Shown piece after piece: positions 23,379 to 34,849 of a stretch of DNA of 64,000 nucleotides. A program made the translations under genes and the position numbers. Origin of the DNA: Candidatus Oxydemutatoraceae bacterium (GTDB taxonomy: Bacteria; Pseudomonadota; Gammaproteobacteria; Poriferisulfidales; Oxydemutatoraceae); contig OZ244779.1 in assembly GCA_965219575.1 (NCBI GenBank), forward strand, positions 332,769 to 396,768, given 5' to 3'. The notes under the pieces were generated by a model that was given only the letters and a program-made list of their open reading frames with translations, ran no database searches and had not been told where the DNA came from. Each line of letters starts with the position of its first letter. Within the stretch, counting starts at the first letter, position 1.

Positions 23379-23666
23379 ATGGAAGTATTCGGTTATGACA
23401 TAGGAACTTTTACCTTTTTTGCATTTAGCTTTTTGGCGGCACTTTTTATTTTTCTATCCGCCATATTCGGTTGCAAAGAAGAGACCAACATGCATCGCTG
23501 GGTGCGAGGTGCCTTGGGATTCGCCTACCTGTTTGTGACCTTCGTTGCCTTCGTACAACTGGAGACTGCAGATTTTCAATATCAACAACAACTGCTGCCG
23601 TTCATAATGATGCTTGCGAGCAAAAGCGCGACTATCGGAAAGTTCTCCGACCCGAAACTTTTATAG
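23379..23666 (+). CDS. Small hypothetical membrane protein
   Basis: Two hydrophobic segments; ATG at 23379 after GAGAG; no recognised family. Confidence 0.4.
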   Translation: MEVFGYDIGTFTFFAFSFLAALFIFLSAIFGCKEETNMHRWVRGALGFAYLFVTFVAFVQLETADFQYQQQLLPFIMMLASKSATIGKFSDPKLL

Positions 23667-23737
23667 CCTACAACATACCTCCTTTCTGGAGACGTGGCGA
23701 GTAAAGCATAACCGGATAGTGTTATTTTTGAGAAACT

Positions 23738-24721
23738 TTAAGCTGAGCCCTCTGGAGTATAGCGGCGGGCTGCGAATTTCAAATAAACCTTCGAAGCTAT
23801 AGCACAAGGTGGGGTAATAATTCGCAATTTAACACCGTGATATCTATATAATTTCCAGAAATCGTCTGCTATAAGTACTTGATTATTAGTAATTATTCTA
23901 GCAAAGGTTTGCTTATATGTGTTTGCCGTATCTGCGGTCAATAGGTAAGCCATGCCAGAAGTCGGTGCCTCGGCGGGAATAGCTATGTCGTAGTTCTCGT
24001 ATAAAGCCTGTTGGCTGGATCTAACGGGAAGACCTCCTACTTTGCAGTGCACATAGCTCGTTATTGGTAGTCCTGTTGTATTAATGAAGTCTCTGAACAA
24101 GTAATTAGCAATTTGCGACTGGCTTGAAAGCATCAGCCAATACCACTGTAATTTAGGAATAACAGTCCAATCTACAGAACAAGACGTGGGATTGGGTGGC
24201 AATAATTTTCTAAAGAATTTCATTTTTCTCAATTCGGGAAATAGAGAGCAATCTATTTCAGGAAATTCTTTAATTTTTTCCTGTATACTAAAATTCTTTT
24301 TCAGTATGGAACCCATAGCCGCAGATCGGCTGGACAACATGAGTATATCCCAAGATTTTTTTTGGGCTGCGCGTAATATCTCTGCAAAATCAGGTGATAT
24401 TTGAACATCGTCTTCTAACACACAAGCAGCAGAATGATTATGTTTCATCATTAATTTCTGAGCCTTTATATGGCTCAATGTGCACACAAATATTCCTATT
24501 TTGTTATTAATGTATTCACTATATTTAGTAATATATCCATCGATGTCCAACAAATCGAAAACTTCGGCTTGGTATTCTGGAGATTTCAAATCATAGCTGT
24601 CTATGGCATCTACGAATTGATAGTCCAAGTTCAACGCATCAAGTTGTCTTTGTACATGTAGTCTACGCTCGGGCGTGCGCTTGAGGCTTATTACATAAAT
24701 AGGATAAGGATTAATATGCAT
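23738..24721 (-). CDS. Glycosyltransferase family 25 protein, AT-rich
   Basis: YVISLKRTPERR, FVDAID, CTLSH, VLEDD. Confidence 0.8.
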   Translation of the reverse strand: MHINPYPIYVISLKRTPERRLHVQRQLDALNLDYQFVDAIDSYDLKSPEYQAEVFDLLDIDGYITKYSEYINNKIGIFVCTLSHIKAQKLMMKHNHSAACVLEDDVQISPDFAEILRAAQKKSWDILMLSSRSAAMGSILKKNFSIQEKIKEFPEIDCSLFPELRKMKFFRKLLPPNPTSCSVDWTVIPKLQWYWLMLSSQSQIANYLFRDFINTTGLPITSYVHCKVGGLPVRSSQQALYENYDIAIPAEAPTSGMAYLLTADTANTYKQTFARIITNNQVLIADDFWKLYRYHGVKLRIITPPCAIASKVYLKFAARRYTPEGSA

Positions 24722-24784
24722 GTCAGGGTTAACTTAAGCAGTAGTGGTCAAACTAAAATATAGCATGTGCCTTGCGTGCGCCTT

Positions 24785-26155
24785 TTAGTCTAGTAAAACC
24801 TTCGGTAGCCAAGTTGCCAATTCCGGCCACAGTGCCAGTATCGACAAGGCAAATAATTGTAATCCCACAAACGGAACGACCCCCTTATAAATTTGCTCGG
24901 TGCGTATTTCTCTTGTGATTACACCGCGTAAATAGAACAGTGAAAAGCCGAAAGGCGGGGTCATAAAGGAAGTCTGCAAATTGATTGCAATCATAATCGC
25001 AAGCCAGATAGGGTCTGCGCCCATAATAATTAAGGTGGGTGCCACCACCGGCACGACGACAAACATAATCTCTATGAAATCCAACACGAAACCCAGTATG
25101 AACATCGCCAACATGACGACGACCATCGTCACCAATAAATCGCCGGGGAGGGCAACCAGCATCTCGTGGATGAGGCGATCACCGTCCAGTCCTCTGAAAA
25201 CTAAAGAAAATATGGTGGCACCTATCAAGATCATAAAAACCATGCAACTGATTTTGATGGTCTCTCGGGTAATTTCTCTTAGCTTTGGTATAGAAAATTC
25301 GCGCCGTAGCACGGCGAGCAATACGGCACCAATTGCACCGACCGATGCCGCTTCGGTCGGTGTTGCCGCACCACTCAATATAGATCCCAAAACGACTAAA
25401 ATTAAAACCAACGGCAATAGCAATGTATAGAGTTGAGGTTTAGGTCGGCGTTGCGATCTTTCTTCGGTCGTGTCGACATCATAGTTCGGCATCGATTGCG
25501 GCCTTAAAAGACCTACCGCATAAATATAAATCACATAAAAAACCACGAGTAGTAATCCCGGCAACAAGGCACCGGCAAACAAATCACTCACCGAAACCGA
25601 ATCGGAGGCGAACAACCCTTGTTTATAATGCGCTTGCTGGTAGCTCGCCGAGATGACATCTCCCAGCATTACCAACATAATCGAGGGCGGAATAATCTGT
25701 CCGAGTGTTCCCGCTGCGCAAACCGTGCCACACGCCAAGCCGGGGTCGTATCTGCGCTTGAGCATGGCAGGCACCGATAGCAACCCCATCGTTGTTACGG
25801 TTGCGCCAACTATTCCGGTGCTCGCTGCCAACAGTGCGCCGACCAAGACGATGGAGACACCCAAGCCACTGCGCAACCGACGCATCGTATCGGCACTCGC
25901 CAGCAGTAATTCTTCGGCAAGTTTGGTCTTTTGTAAGGTTACACCCATAAAAACAAACATCGGAATTGCAATCAAGGTGCTATTCGTCAGAATACTAAAC
26001 AGCCTATTCGGCAATGCATGCAGGATGTTGACATCGAAAATACCCAAAGCGGTACAGATTGCGGCAAACAACAACGATACACCGGCAAGCGTAAAGGCAA
26101 CCGGATAACCTGCCAGTATCACTACGATAACGAGAAAAAATAATACTAATGCCAT
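24785..26155 (-). CDS. TRAP transporter large permease (DctM)
   Basis: AASTGIVGA, GTLGQIIPPS, ATPTEA, QTSFMTPPFG; start re-assigned to ATG near 26155 because the longer ORF overlaps dctQ. Confidence 0.9.
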   Translation of the reverse strand: MALVLFFLVIVVILAGYPVAFTLAGVSLLFAAICTALGIFDVNILHALPNRLFSILTNSTLIAIPMFVFMGVTLQKTKLAEELLLASADTMRRLRSGLGVSIVLVGALLAASTGIVGATVTTMGLLSVPAMLKRRYDPGLACGTVCAAGTLGQIIPPSIMLVMLGDVISASYQQAHYKQGLFASDSVSVSDLFAGALLPGLLLVVFYVIYIYAVGLLRPQSMPNYDVDTTEERSQRRPKPQLYTLLLPLVLILVVLGSILSGAATPTEAASVGAIGAVLLAVLRREFSIPKLREITRETIKISCMVFMILIGATIFSLVFRGLDGDRLIHEMLVALPGDLLVTMVVVMLAMFILGFVLDFIEIMFVVVPVVAPTLIIMGADPIWLAIMIAINLQTSFMTPPFGFSLFYLRGVITREIRTEQIYKGVVPFVGLQLFALSILALWPELATWLPKVLLD

Positions 26156-26172
26156 CGTCGCCCGATTGATGC

Positions 26173-26676
26173 TTAGTCGCTGCCTCGCAAAACCAAATAA
26201 GCCTGACGTATGACCCAAATCATCCCTTGCCAAAAAAGTAGTACCGCCATCACCGGGATTAATGTTTTCAGTATGAAGATTAACGGCAGTCCGTCGGCTT
26301 CTTGTGATCTTTCCAAAAAATGCCAGGAGGTCGCAACATAGTCGATGCTGTAAGCAATAATTGTTATACAAGTCGGCAGCAGAAATAAAAGATCGCCGAT
26401 CAGATTGATCTTCATTTTAGTCTTTTCCTGCATCTTGCCGTAGAAGACATCGACGCGCACATGCCCGTCGAGGCGCATCGTATAACCCATGCATAGACAT
26501 AATATAAAGACATGTAGATAAACGACACCCTCCTGCATATCTACTCGGCCGTAATTAAAACCGTAGCGCAATACGACGATTGCAAAGGCAAGGCAAATCA
26601 TCGGTGGTAACAACCACATCGCAGCTTGTCCGACCCGTTTATTAACTTGGTCGAGATGGGTTAATAGCTTAGGCAT
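26173..26676 (-). CDS. TRAP transporter small permease (DctQ)
   Basis: GHVRVDVFY, E.S.EADGLP; start re-assigned to MPKLL at 26676. Confidence 0.85.
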   Translation of the reverse strand: MPKLLTHLDQVNKRVGQAAMWLLPPMICLAFAIVVLRYGFNYGRVDMQEGVVYLHVFILCLCMGYTMRLDGHVRVDVFYGKMQEKTKMKINLIGDLLFLLPTCITIIAYSIDYVATSWHFLERSQEADGLPLIFILKTLIPVMAVLLFWQGMIWVIRQAYLVLRGSD

Positions 26677-26704
26677 TGCATAGATTATTCGGTGTATTGA
26701 GTGC

Positions 26705-27643
26705 CTAGCAGAGTTCGCAGTCCTCTTCCCTGCAAAGTAGCAGTATGTTCTTAAAAACATCCGGATCTTTGATGTGGGTGATAGCACCGTCTTTGGGAAA
26801 AAGTTTATCGCGCAGCCGCGACAACCAAAAACGTAGTGCCGCCCGACGCAGAATATTCTGCCATTCGTCTCTCTCGTGCGGCTCAAAAGGACGTCTCAGA
26901 TGATATGCGTTGATCAATGCCTCGTAGTGCGGGCGCAACAAATGTTGATCCGCCGAGCGGCACCAATCGTTAACCGCAACCGCAACATCGTACAAAAGTT
27001 TGGCATGACAGGCATAGTAAAAGTCTATCACGCCGCTTAATCGCTCGCCCTCGAACAATACATTGTCTTTGAATAGGTCGGCATGGACGGTGCCGGCAGG
27101 CAACGCATTCGATAACTGCTTGCTTTGATGTTTGATCTCATCGTTTAATAGCATTTTGTCCTCCTTATCCAATTTTGATTGTATTTTGTCGGATTGCATC
27201 TTGAACCAACCGATATCCCTAATGTTCTCGCTATGACCATCAAAGTTGTGCATTACCAAATGCATCTTTGCCAAAATATCACCGACCTGTTGACATTGTG
27301 CTACGCCGGGTGCTTTGATAGTGTGCCCCGGCAAGCGTGTAATCAGTGCCGCAGGTTTGCCCTTTAACTCGTGCAAAGTGCGACCTTGTCGGTCGGCAAT
27401 AGGGTGCGGACACGGCAAACCGGCATCCGCGACATGGCACATCAAATCGATAAAGTAAGGCAACTGATCTGCTTCCAACCACTCGAACAAGGTCAGCACA
27501 TAGTCTCCCCGCTTGGTGTCGACAAAATAATTGGTATTTTCTATGCCTTCGTCTATACCTCGGTATGAAAGCAGAGAACCTATTTCAAACCCCTGTATGA
27601 ACCGTCCCAACTCCTGTTCAGAAATAACCGTATAAACCGACAT
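26705..27643 (-). CDS. thrB: Homoserine kinase, type II
   Basis: MSVYT, GIENTNYF, HADLFKDN, IDFYYA, RFWLSRL, KDP. Confidence 0.92.
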   Translation of the reverse strand: MSVYTVISEQELGRFIQGFEIGSLLSYRGIDEGIENTNYFVDTKRGDYVLTLFEWLEADQLPYFIDLMCHVADAGLPCPHPIADRQGRTLHELKGKPAALITRLPGHTIKAPGVAQCQQVGDILAKMHLVMHNFDGHSENIRDIGWFKMQSDKIQSKLDKEDKMLLNDEIKHQSKQLSNALPAGTVHADLFKDNVLFEGERLSGVIDFYYACHAKLLYDVAVAVNDWCRSADQHLLRPHYEALINAYHLRRPFEPHERDEWQNILRRAALRFWLSRLRDKLFPKDGAITHIKDPDVFKNILLLCREEDCELC

Positions 27644-27900
27644 GCCGTATAGAAATCCAATATCAAAAAAGGATAATTATAAAGGATTATTATTCCTATA
27701 CATATAACTCGACTAAAAGCAAACTTTTATGATGAACCAAAGATACCTCTTTGAAGAAGAGGTTGATTTTCACAACAGAGATATGAATACTAAAAAAGAA
27801 TATGGTGGAATAGCATTAGAGTTTTGTAGATTGCCACCTGAATAATATCTACAGTGCTTAAAACTTTTGTCGTATGCGGCAACCTTTTGCCTATTGCCCT

Positions 27901-27967
27901 AAAAAGCAAAGGCCACTGCCGAAGCAGTGGCCTGCACCCGCCAAACCGAAGTCGGGCGGGGGGTTTA
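27901..27967 (-). ncRNA. Candidate small structured RNA, copy 1 (two C(UUCG)G hairpins plus U-tract)
   Basis: Minus strand reads CCCGCCCGAC-TTCG-GTTTGGCGGG, then GGCCACTGC-TTCG-GCAGTGGCC, then TTTGCTTTTT; promoter directly upstream. Confidence 0.6.
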
Positions 27968-27972
27968 CCTGT

Positions 27973-28000
27973 ATTATATGTATGACAAAAGAAAAATCAA
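27973..28000 (-). promoter_or_regulatory. Sigma70-like promoter for RNA copy 1
   Basis: TTGATT-16 nt-TATAAT on the minus strand. Confidence 0.6.
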
Positions 28001-28331
28001 TAGTCCTTGGAATATACAATCAAAATAGTAGTGTTATAAACTAAAATTCCGATATTAACGCCATTCTTTAGGGCAAAAAAACTCGCCTTGTTTATCTTTA
28101 AGTTTAAGAGGAAATTGAGCATTTTTAAGCCTTTCACTGGAAATTTTTCTTCTTAGAGAGGAATATTGGTGTAACTTTGACACCCAAAATTTGGCAGGTG
28201 TGATAAGTCCAATAGGTAATTTCAAAATCGTTTTTATATATTTTAACGGTTCGGTAAGATCCGAGTCGTTTGATAGAAGAATGGGAACATCGCATTCGTT
28301 CTTCAAACAATCTATCAACATAAAAGTTGAG

Positions 28332-29084
28332 GGTACTTGACTAGTTTAGGGAGTACGATTTGATAAAATAACTAGTAATGACAACACCTAACAGACATTT
28401 TAGAAGGGCACATATTTCAAACAGGAAAATAAGGCAAATTGTGAGGTATTTTGCCCTTGATCTGAGTGCAACCCAAATCGCACAAGCAGCCGGGGTCAAT
28501 AGAAATACCGCGAATAGATATGTCAATATAATCCGAGAAAGAATTGCACAACACTGCGAGCAGACGAGCCTATTCTCTGGCGAGGTAGAGTTCGATGAGT
28601 CCTACTTCGGTGGTCGCAAAAAGGGAGACAAAAGAGGTAGAGGTGCACCGAACAAAGTACCGGTATTCGGCATATTAAAAAGAGATGGGAAGGTCTATAC
28701 GCAGGTGATACGCAATGCTTCAAAGAGCGAGATACGACCTATTATCAAGCGTTTAGTGGGACACAGGAGTACTATATACACAGATAAATGGAGAGCTTAT
28801 GACGGGTTGGTGTTGAATGGATACAAACACTACCGCATCAATCATTCAAAGACACTGGGCAGTGGTACTAGACATATCAATGGCATTGAAAACTTCTGGG
28901 AATGGGCCAAAAGGAGATTAACAAAGTTCTGCGGCGTGTCGAGAAAACATTTCCACCTTCATCTAAAAGAATGCGAGTGGCGATTCAATCACAGACACCT
29001 TTCAGCCTCCCAAAAGTATGAGATGCTAATGAAGATGGTAAGGGATATTTGAGTGGGACTTTGTCCCTAAACTAGTCAAGTACC
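28332..29084 (+). mobile_element. IS1595-family (IS1016-like) insertion sequence, 753 bp
   Basis: Perfect 21-bp TIRs GGTACTTGACTAGTTTAGGGA / TCCCTAAACTAGTCAAGTACC; flanking 8-mers AAGTTGAG / TAGTTGAG. Confidence 0.92.
28378..29052 (+). CDS. IS1595-family DDE transposase
   Basis: EFDESYFGG, RGRG, IYTDKWRAY, HINGIENFW, LKECEWRFN. Confidence 0.92.
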   Translation: MTTPNRHFRRAHISNRKIRQIVRYFALDLSATQIAQAAGVNRNTANRYVNIIRERIAQHCEQTSLFSGEVEFDESYFGGRKKGDKRGRGAPNKVPVFGILKRDGKVYTQVIRNASKSEIRPIIKRLVGHRSTIYTDKWRAYDGLVLNGYKHYRINHSKTLGSGTRHINGIENFWEWAKRRLTKFCGVSRKHFHLHLKECEWRFNHRHLSASQKYEMLMKMVRDI

Positions 29085-29462
29085 TAGTTGAGATATTAAC
29101 ATCCGAACCTTTCTCTTCAAATTTAGAAACTTTTACTATCTTTCTATATGAGGGGTTACCTTTTTCTAAAAGTTCACCTTTGACGGATCGTCTCTTAAAT
29201 GATCCAAAATGAATTTCTATTTCAGGGATTGTTCGTAAAGCTCCTAGATAAACATCCTGTCTTTGTCTTACACCGGGGTTACTGTCGTTGGGAATCACCT
29301 TTGCCGTAAAATAGCGTATTTTTGAAATTTTACAATCCTTAAAACTGAAAGACTGAATAAGTGCCTTTAAGTCTAGCCACTTATATTTCGTCTTTTTTAT
29401 ACTGTGATAAAGATTGAAACCATCTACATAGATAATATAATTTTTCAAATTAAACCTACCTT

Positions 29463-29530
29463 AAAAAGCACAAGCCACCGCCGAAGCAGTGGCTCTGCAC
29501 CCGCCAAACCGAAGTCGGACGGGGGGATTG
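29463..29530 (-). ncRNA. Candidate small structured RNA, copy 2, directly upstream of the NYN gene
   Basis: Same two UUCG hairpins with pairing-preserving changes; U-tract followed by AAGGTAGG and the NYN TTG start at 29448. Confidence 0.65.
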
Positions 29531-29535
29531 CGTAT

Positions 29536-29563
29536 ATTATATGTAGGGTTGGAAAGAAATCAA
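29536..29563 (-). promoter_or_regulatory. Sigma70-like promoter for RNA copy 2 and the NYN gene
   Basis: TTGATT-16 nt-TATAAT; boxes identical to copy 1 while the spacer has diverged. Confidence 0.6.
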
Positions 29564-29624
29564 GAATTTAAGCAGACGAAATTTGGTGGTGCTTGGCGGC
29601 TGGGGCTGTACCCTGGCCTTGATT

Positions 29625-29855
29625 TTATAGTTTAACTATTAAAGCTACAATTATTCCGACGGATGCAATGACTATTCCACCAACGGCATACATCTGCTTC
29701 ACTAGCCTAACTTCTAAGTTAGCTAGTTCTGTTTCCAAGTCTGCCTTCGTAGCCACCTCTTTTGAATCGGCAATATTGGCTACCGCTTCCTTTGCTTCGG
29801 CATCGGTGACACCGTCTACCTTTCTTAAAATATTGTACAGGGCTATATCAGTCAT
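29625..29855 (-). CDS. Small coiled-coil membrane-anchored protein (DUF1640/CCDC90-like), paralog 1
   Basis: IALY..L....AEAKEAVA.....EVATKAD plus a C-terminal TM helix; four paralogs elsewhere in the window. Confidence 0.7.
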   Translation of the reverse strand: MTDIALYNILRKVDGVTDAEAKEAVANIADSKEVATKADLETELANLEVRLVKQMYAVGGIVIASVGIIVALIVKL

Positions 29856-29954
29856 ATCTTAATACCATTTGTTGCTTCAAAACCATACTATACATTAAAT
29901 GTATACGCAATTATCTACATAATTTATGTTCGCAGATACTCTGATACTTCCCCT

Positions 29955-30015
29955 AAAAAGCAAAGGCCACCGCCGAAGCAGTGGCCTGCACCCGCCAAAC
30001 CGAAGTCGGGCGGGG
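29955..30015 (-). repeat. Third copy of the double-UUCG-hairpin element (no recognisable promoter)
   Basis: Near-identical to 27901-27961. Confidence 0.75.
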
Positions 30016-30145
30016 ACATCTGCAGACCCTTAGCAACCACCCCGTGGAAAGGCTTTACATTTTGTACTACGTTAAAGTTATGCACAACGTTACGCCACTT
30101 GTGCTACTGCAACAAGTGGCGGTTCCACTCGGCGGTTCTGTTGCG

Positions 30146-30491
30146 CCTGCCACCCCTTCAGAGGAGGGGAATGTACTGACACTTTACTTGTGCAGATACG
30201 ACGTGGCTGTTGAAAAAGTATTTCATAGAGTGGTAGGGGCGGACTTATATGTCCGCCCGTAACGGGTTGCGCCTGCATGATTTATACATTCATTCATCCA
30301 ATTTATGGAAACCAAAACTAAATGGCGCAAGCGGTTACGGCTGTGCAGAACGGCACTTAAGGGCAGACACACAGGTCTGCCCCTACGGCTTGGTGGTTAT
30401 TACAAATTCACGGCGCAAGCGGTTACGGTTGCACGCTGACGATACTTTTTCAACAGCCCGACGACGCAACTACTCCGTCAGGCTGCGTCTG
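30146..30491. repeat. Composite MITE/REP-like repeat (core 30203-30460)
   Basis: GGCTGTTGAAAAAGTA...TACTTTTTCAACAGCCC ends, GTAGGGGCGGAC palindrome and CCCCTTCAGAGGAGGGG hairpin. Confidence 0.85.
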
Positions 30492-30499
30492 TGTGCGGG

Positions 30500-30919
30500 T
30501 TAGCGGCCGCGTTTGCGGAGGCGTTCTATCATGCGAAGTTGGGCAGCCACTTCGGCAAGTTCGGTCATCGCTTTGGCAGTTTCTATATCGGTGAGTTGGC
30601 TTTGTAGCAGTTCTTCGGCACGTTGTTTGGCTTCCAGTGCTCTGGCTTCGTCCAGATCCTCGCCACGCAGAGCGGTGTCGGTTAGGACGGTGACCATGTG
30701 CGGTTGCACTTCTATCACGCCGCCGGAGACATAGAAGTGGCGGTCATCTTGACCTTCCATGCGCACCCGCACTTCGCCGGGGCGTAGGGTCGATAGAAAG
30801 GGTGCATGTTGCGGATAGATGCCGACTTCGCCCAGTTCGGCTTCGGCAAAAACCGCATTGACTTCGCCGTTGAAGATTTCCTCTTCGGCACTAACAATAT
30901 AAGTACGTATGGTGTTCAT
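30500..30919 (-). CDS. atpC: ATP synthase epsilon
   Basis: IVSAE, GEVGIYPQHAP, VSGGVIEVQP. Confidence 0.95.
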   Translation of the reverse strand: MNTIRTYIVSAEEEIFNGEVNAVFAEAELGEVGIYPQHAPFLSTLRPGEVRVRMEGQDDRHFYVSGGVIEVQPHMVTVLTDTALRGEDLDEARALEAKQRAEELLQSQLTDIETAKAMTELAEVAAQLRMIERLRKRGR

Positions 30920-30940
30920 CTGTGGCGGCGTAGGGTTGGC

Positions 30941-32335
<1,395 letters not shown>

Positions 32336-32346
32336 CTATCTATGGG

Positions 32347-33207
32347 TTAAATTGCAGCAGCGCCTCCGACAATCTCGGAAAGCTCCTGTGTAATCGCTGC
32401 CTGACGCGCTTTGTTATAAGCGAGTTGCAGCTCGTCAATCAGTGAACCGGCGTTCTCCGATGCGCTTTTCATCGCAACCATGCGCGCCGCCATCTCGCAG
32501 GCGACATTCTCCACGACCGCCTGATAAACTTGTGATTCGATATAACGCTTAAGCACAAAATCAAGCACACCGTGCGAATCCGGTTCATAAATATAATCCC
32601 AATAATGCTTCATGCTCTCGTCCTCTATCGGCGGCACCGGCAACAACTGCAGGGCTTGCGGCTTTTGGGTCATTGTATTTATGAAACGGTTCTCTATTAA
32701 AAACACTCGGTCTATTTCCTCCTGCTCGTATGCGTCGAAGATCACCTTCATCGTGCCTAGTAATTGGGTGAGTTGCGGGGAGTCGCCCAGATGAGAGGTT
32801 TTGGAAATAATCTTCGTATAGCGTCTGAAAAAGCCTGCGCCTTTGCTACCGATCGTCGTCACCTTAATATCGACACCTTTATCTTTCCATTCGCGCATCG
32901 ATGCGAGTGCGGCCTTGAACAGATTGACATTGAGACCACCGCAGAGCCCGCGGTCGGTAGAGACGATGATGTAGCCGACATTTTTTACCTCTGCCCGTTT
33001 CGTCAAAAAGGGATGCTGATATTCAAAATGCGCTTGCGCAATATGCCCGAGTAGGGCGCGCATGCGATCGGCATAAGGACGGCTGGCAGCCATTTTATCT
33101 TGGGCACGACGCATTTTACTGGCAGCGACCATTTCCATCGCCTTAGTAATTTTCTGCGTATTTTTAACGCTCGCTATTTTGGTTCTTATTTCTTTGCCGA
33201 CTGCCAT
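32347..33207 (-). CDS. atpG: ATP synthase gamma
   Basis: [29 protein letters not shown]. Confidence 0.97.
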   Translation of the reverse strand: MAVGKEIRTKIASVKNTQKITKAMEMVAASKMRRAQDKMAASRPYADRMRALLGHIAQAHFEYQHPFLTKRAEVKNVGYIIVSTDRGLCGGLNVNLFKAALASMREWKDKGVDIKVTTIGSKGAGFFRRYTKIISKTSHLGDSPQLTQLLGTMKVIFDAYEQEEIDRVFLIENRFINTMTQKPQALQLLPVPPIEDESMKHYWDYIYEPDSHGVLDFVLKRYIESQVYQAVVENVACEMAARMVAMKSASENAGSLIDELQLAYNKARQAAITQELSEIVGGAAAI

Positions 33208-33235
33208 ATTCTTTGCTTAAATAATTGCTCGGTTG

Positions 33236-34774
33236 TTACCACGAACCGTTTGCTTTGAAGTCTTCAACCGCTTTTTTCAGTACACCTTCTATGTCTTCGT
33301 TGAAGTCGCCTTGGTTCATCTGCGTCATCAAGTCGGCATGCTCGGCGCGCATATGCGAGTGTATCGCCGCTTCGAATGCACGGGTTTTCTTAACCTCTAT
33401 ATCGTCGAGATAACCGCGGTCGGCAACGAATAGCGAGACTGCCATCTCGGCAACCGACAACGGCGAGTATTGGTTTTGTTTCATCAATTCCATCACCCGT
33501 TCGCCGCGCTCAAGCTGTTTTCTGGTCTGTTCGTCCAAGTCCGATGCAAACTGCGAGAAGGCAGCGAGTTCTCGGTATTGTGCAAGCGACAGACGCACAC
33601 CGCCGCCGAGCTTTTTGATAATCTTGGTTTGCGCAGACCCCCCGACTCTAGACACCGATAGCCCGGCGTTCATCGCCGGTCTAAAGCCGGCATTGAACAA
33701 ATCGGTCTCGAGAAAGATTTGCCCGTCGGTGATCGAAATCACGTTGGTCGGCACAAATGCCGAGACATCGCCGGCTTGCGTTTCAATAATCGGTAGTGCG
33801 GTCAAAGAACCGGTCTTGCCCTTAACCGCCCCTTGGGTTTTCTGTTCGACATAGTCGGGGTTCACCCGTGCGGCGCGCTCCAGCAGGCGCGAGTGCAGAT
33901 AAAAGACATCGCCCGGATAGGCTTCTCGCCCCGGCGGGCGGCGTAGCAACAGGGAGATCTGACGATACGCCCACGCCTGTTTGGTGAGGTCGTCGTAAAT
34001 AATCAGTGCATCTTCGCCACGGTCGCGATAATACTCGCCCATCGCACAGCCCGAAAAAGGTGCCAAGAACTGCATCGCTGCCGGGTCCGAAGCACTGGCG
34101 GCGACGACAATCGTATGTTCCATCGCACCGTGTTCTTCGAGTTTGCGCACCACGGCGGAAATCGACGACTGCTTCTGCCCGACGGCAACATAAATACACT
34201 TCAGATTGCCGCCTTTTTGGTTGATGATGGTGTCGACCGCAACCGCAGTTTTGCCGACTTGGCGGTCGCCGATAATCAATTCGCGCTGCCCGCGTCCGAT
34301 CGGCACCATAGAGTCGATTGCTTTCAGACCGGTTTGCACCGGTTGCGAAACCGATTGTCGGGTGATGACACCCGGGGCCACTTGTTCGATGGGCGCAGTC
34401 TGTTCGGTTGCAATCTCACCTTTGCCGTCTATGGGCTGGCCGAGTGCATCGACGACGCGTCCTTCCATAGCAGGACCTACCGGCACTTCCAAAATGCGGC
34501 CGGTGCATGTGCAGGTCTGCCCTTCACTAACACCCAAGTAGTCGCCCAGCACAACTGCGCCGACCGAGTCGCGCTCTAAGTTCAACGCCATTCCGAAGAT
34601 CCCGCCTTCAAACTGGATCATCTCTCCGTACATTACGTCTTGTAATCCATGGATACGCACGATGCCGTCGGTTACACTAACGACTACGCCTTCGTTGCGA
34701 ATCTCCGGCGATGTGCTGAATTCTTCTATTTTCTCTTTGATTAAACTACTAATCTCTGTTGGGTTGAGTTGCAT
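33236..34774 (-). CDS. atpA: ATP synthase alpha
   Basis: [23 protein letters not shown]. Confidence 0.98.
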   Translation of the reverse strand: MQLNPTEISSLIKEKIEEFSTSPEIRNEGVVVSVTDGIVRIHGLQDVMYGEMIQFEGGIFGMALNLERDSVGAVVLGDYLGVSEGQTCTCTGRILEVPVGPAMEGRVVDALGQPIDGKGEIATEQTAPIEQVAPGVITRQSVSQPVQTGLKAIDSMVPIGRGQRELIIGDRQVGKTAVAVDTIINQKGGNLKCIYVAVGQKQSSISAVVRKLEEHGAMEHTIVVAASASDPAAMQFLAPFSGCAMGEYYRDRGEDALIIYDDLTKQAWAYRQISLLLRRPPGREAYPGDVFYLHSRLLERAARVNPDYVEQKTQGAVKGKTGSLTALPIIETQAGDVSAFVPTNVISITDGQIFLETDLFNAGFRPAMNAGLSVSRVGGSAQTKIIKKLGGGVRLSLAQYRELAAFSQFASDLDEQTRKQLERGERVMELMKQNQYSPLSVAEMAVSLFVADRGYLDDIEVKKTRAFEAAIHSHMRAEHADLMTQMNQGDFNEDIEGVLKKAVEDFKANGSW

Positions 34775-34849
34775 TTCAAAATCCTCTGTTATTAAATATC
34801 GGTTAAACGAAGTGGTTCTCTATTCGGGGTGTGGTTTGTCCTAAAGCGA

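Larger units (their letters stand above)
28055..29448 (-). pseudogene. NYN/LabA (PIN-like) domain ribonuclease gene interrupted by an IS
   Basis: N-half has YVDGFNLY...EEKGSDVNIST and C-half has FMLID...LLSNDSDL. Removing the IS plus one target copy restores a 633-nt in-frame ORF (210 aa). Confidence 0.88.

Noticed and set aside
27729-27845. 38-codon AT-rich ORF (MMNQRYLFEEEV...) near RNA copy 1
   Set aside because: Too short, with no motif or clear RBS; cannot be supported
30075-30121. GTTATGCA..ACGCCACTTGT similarity to 54157-54184 and the hairpin CGCCACTTGT/ACAAGTGGCG
   Set aside because: Short match, in different orientation relative to the nearby coiled-coil genes; insufficient evidence for a functional element
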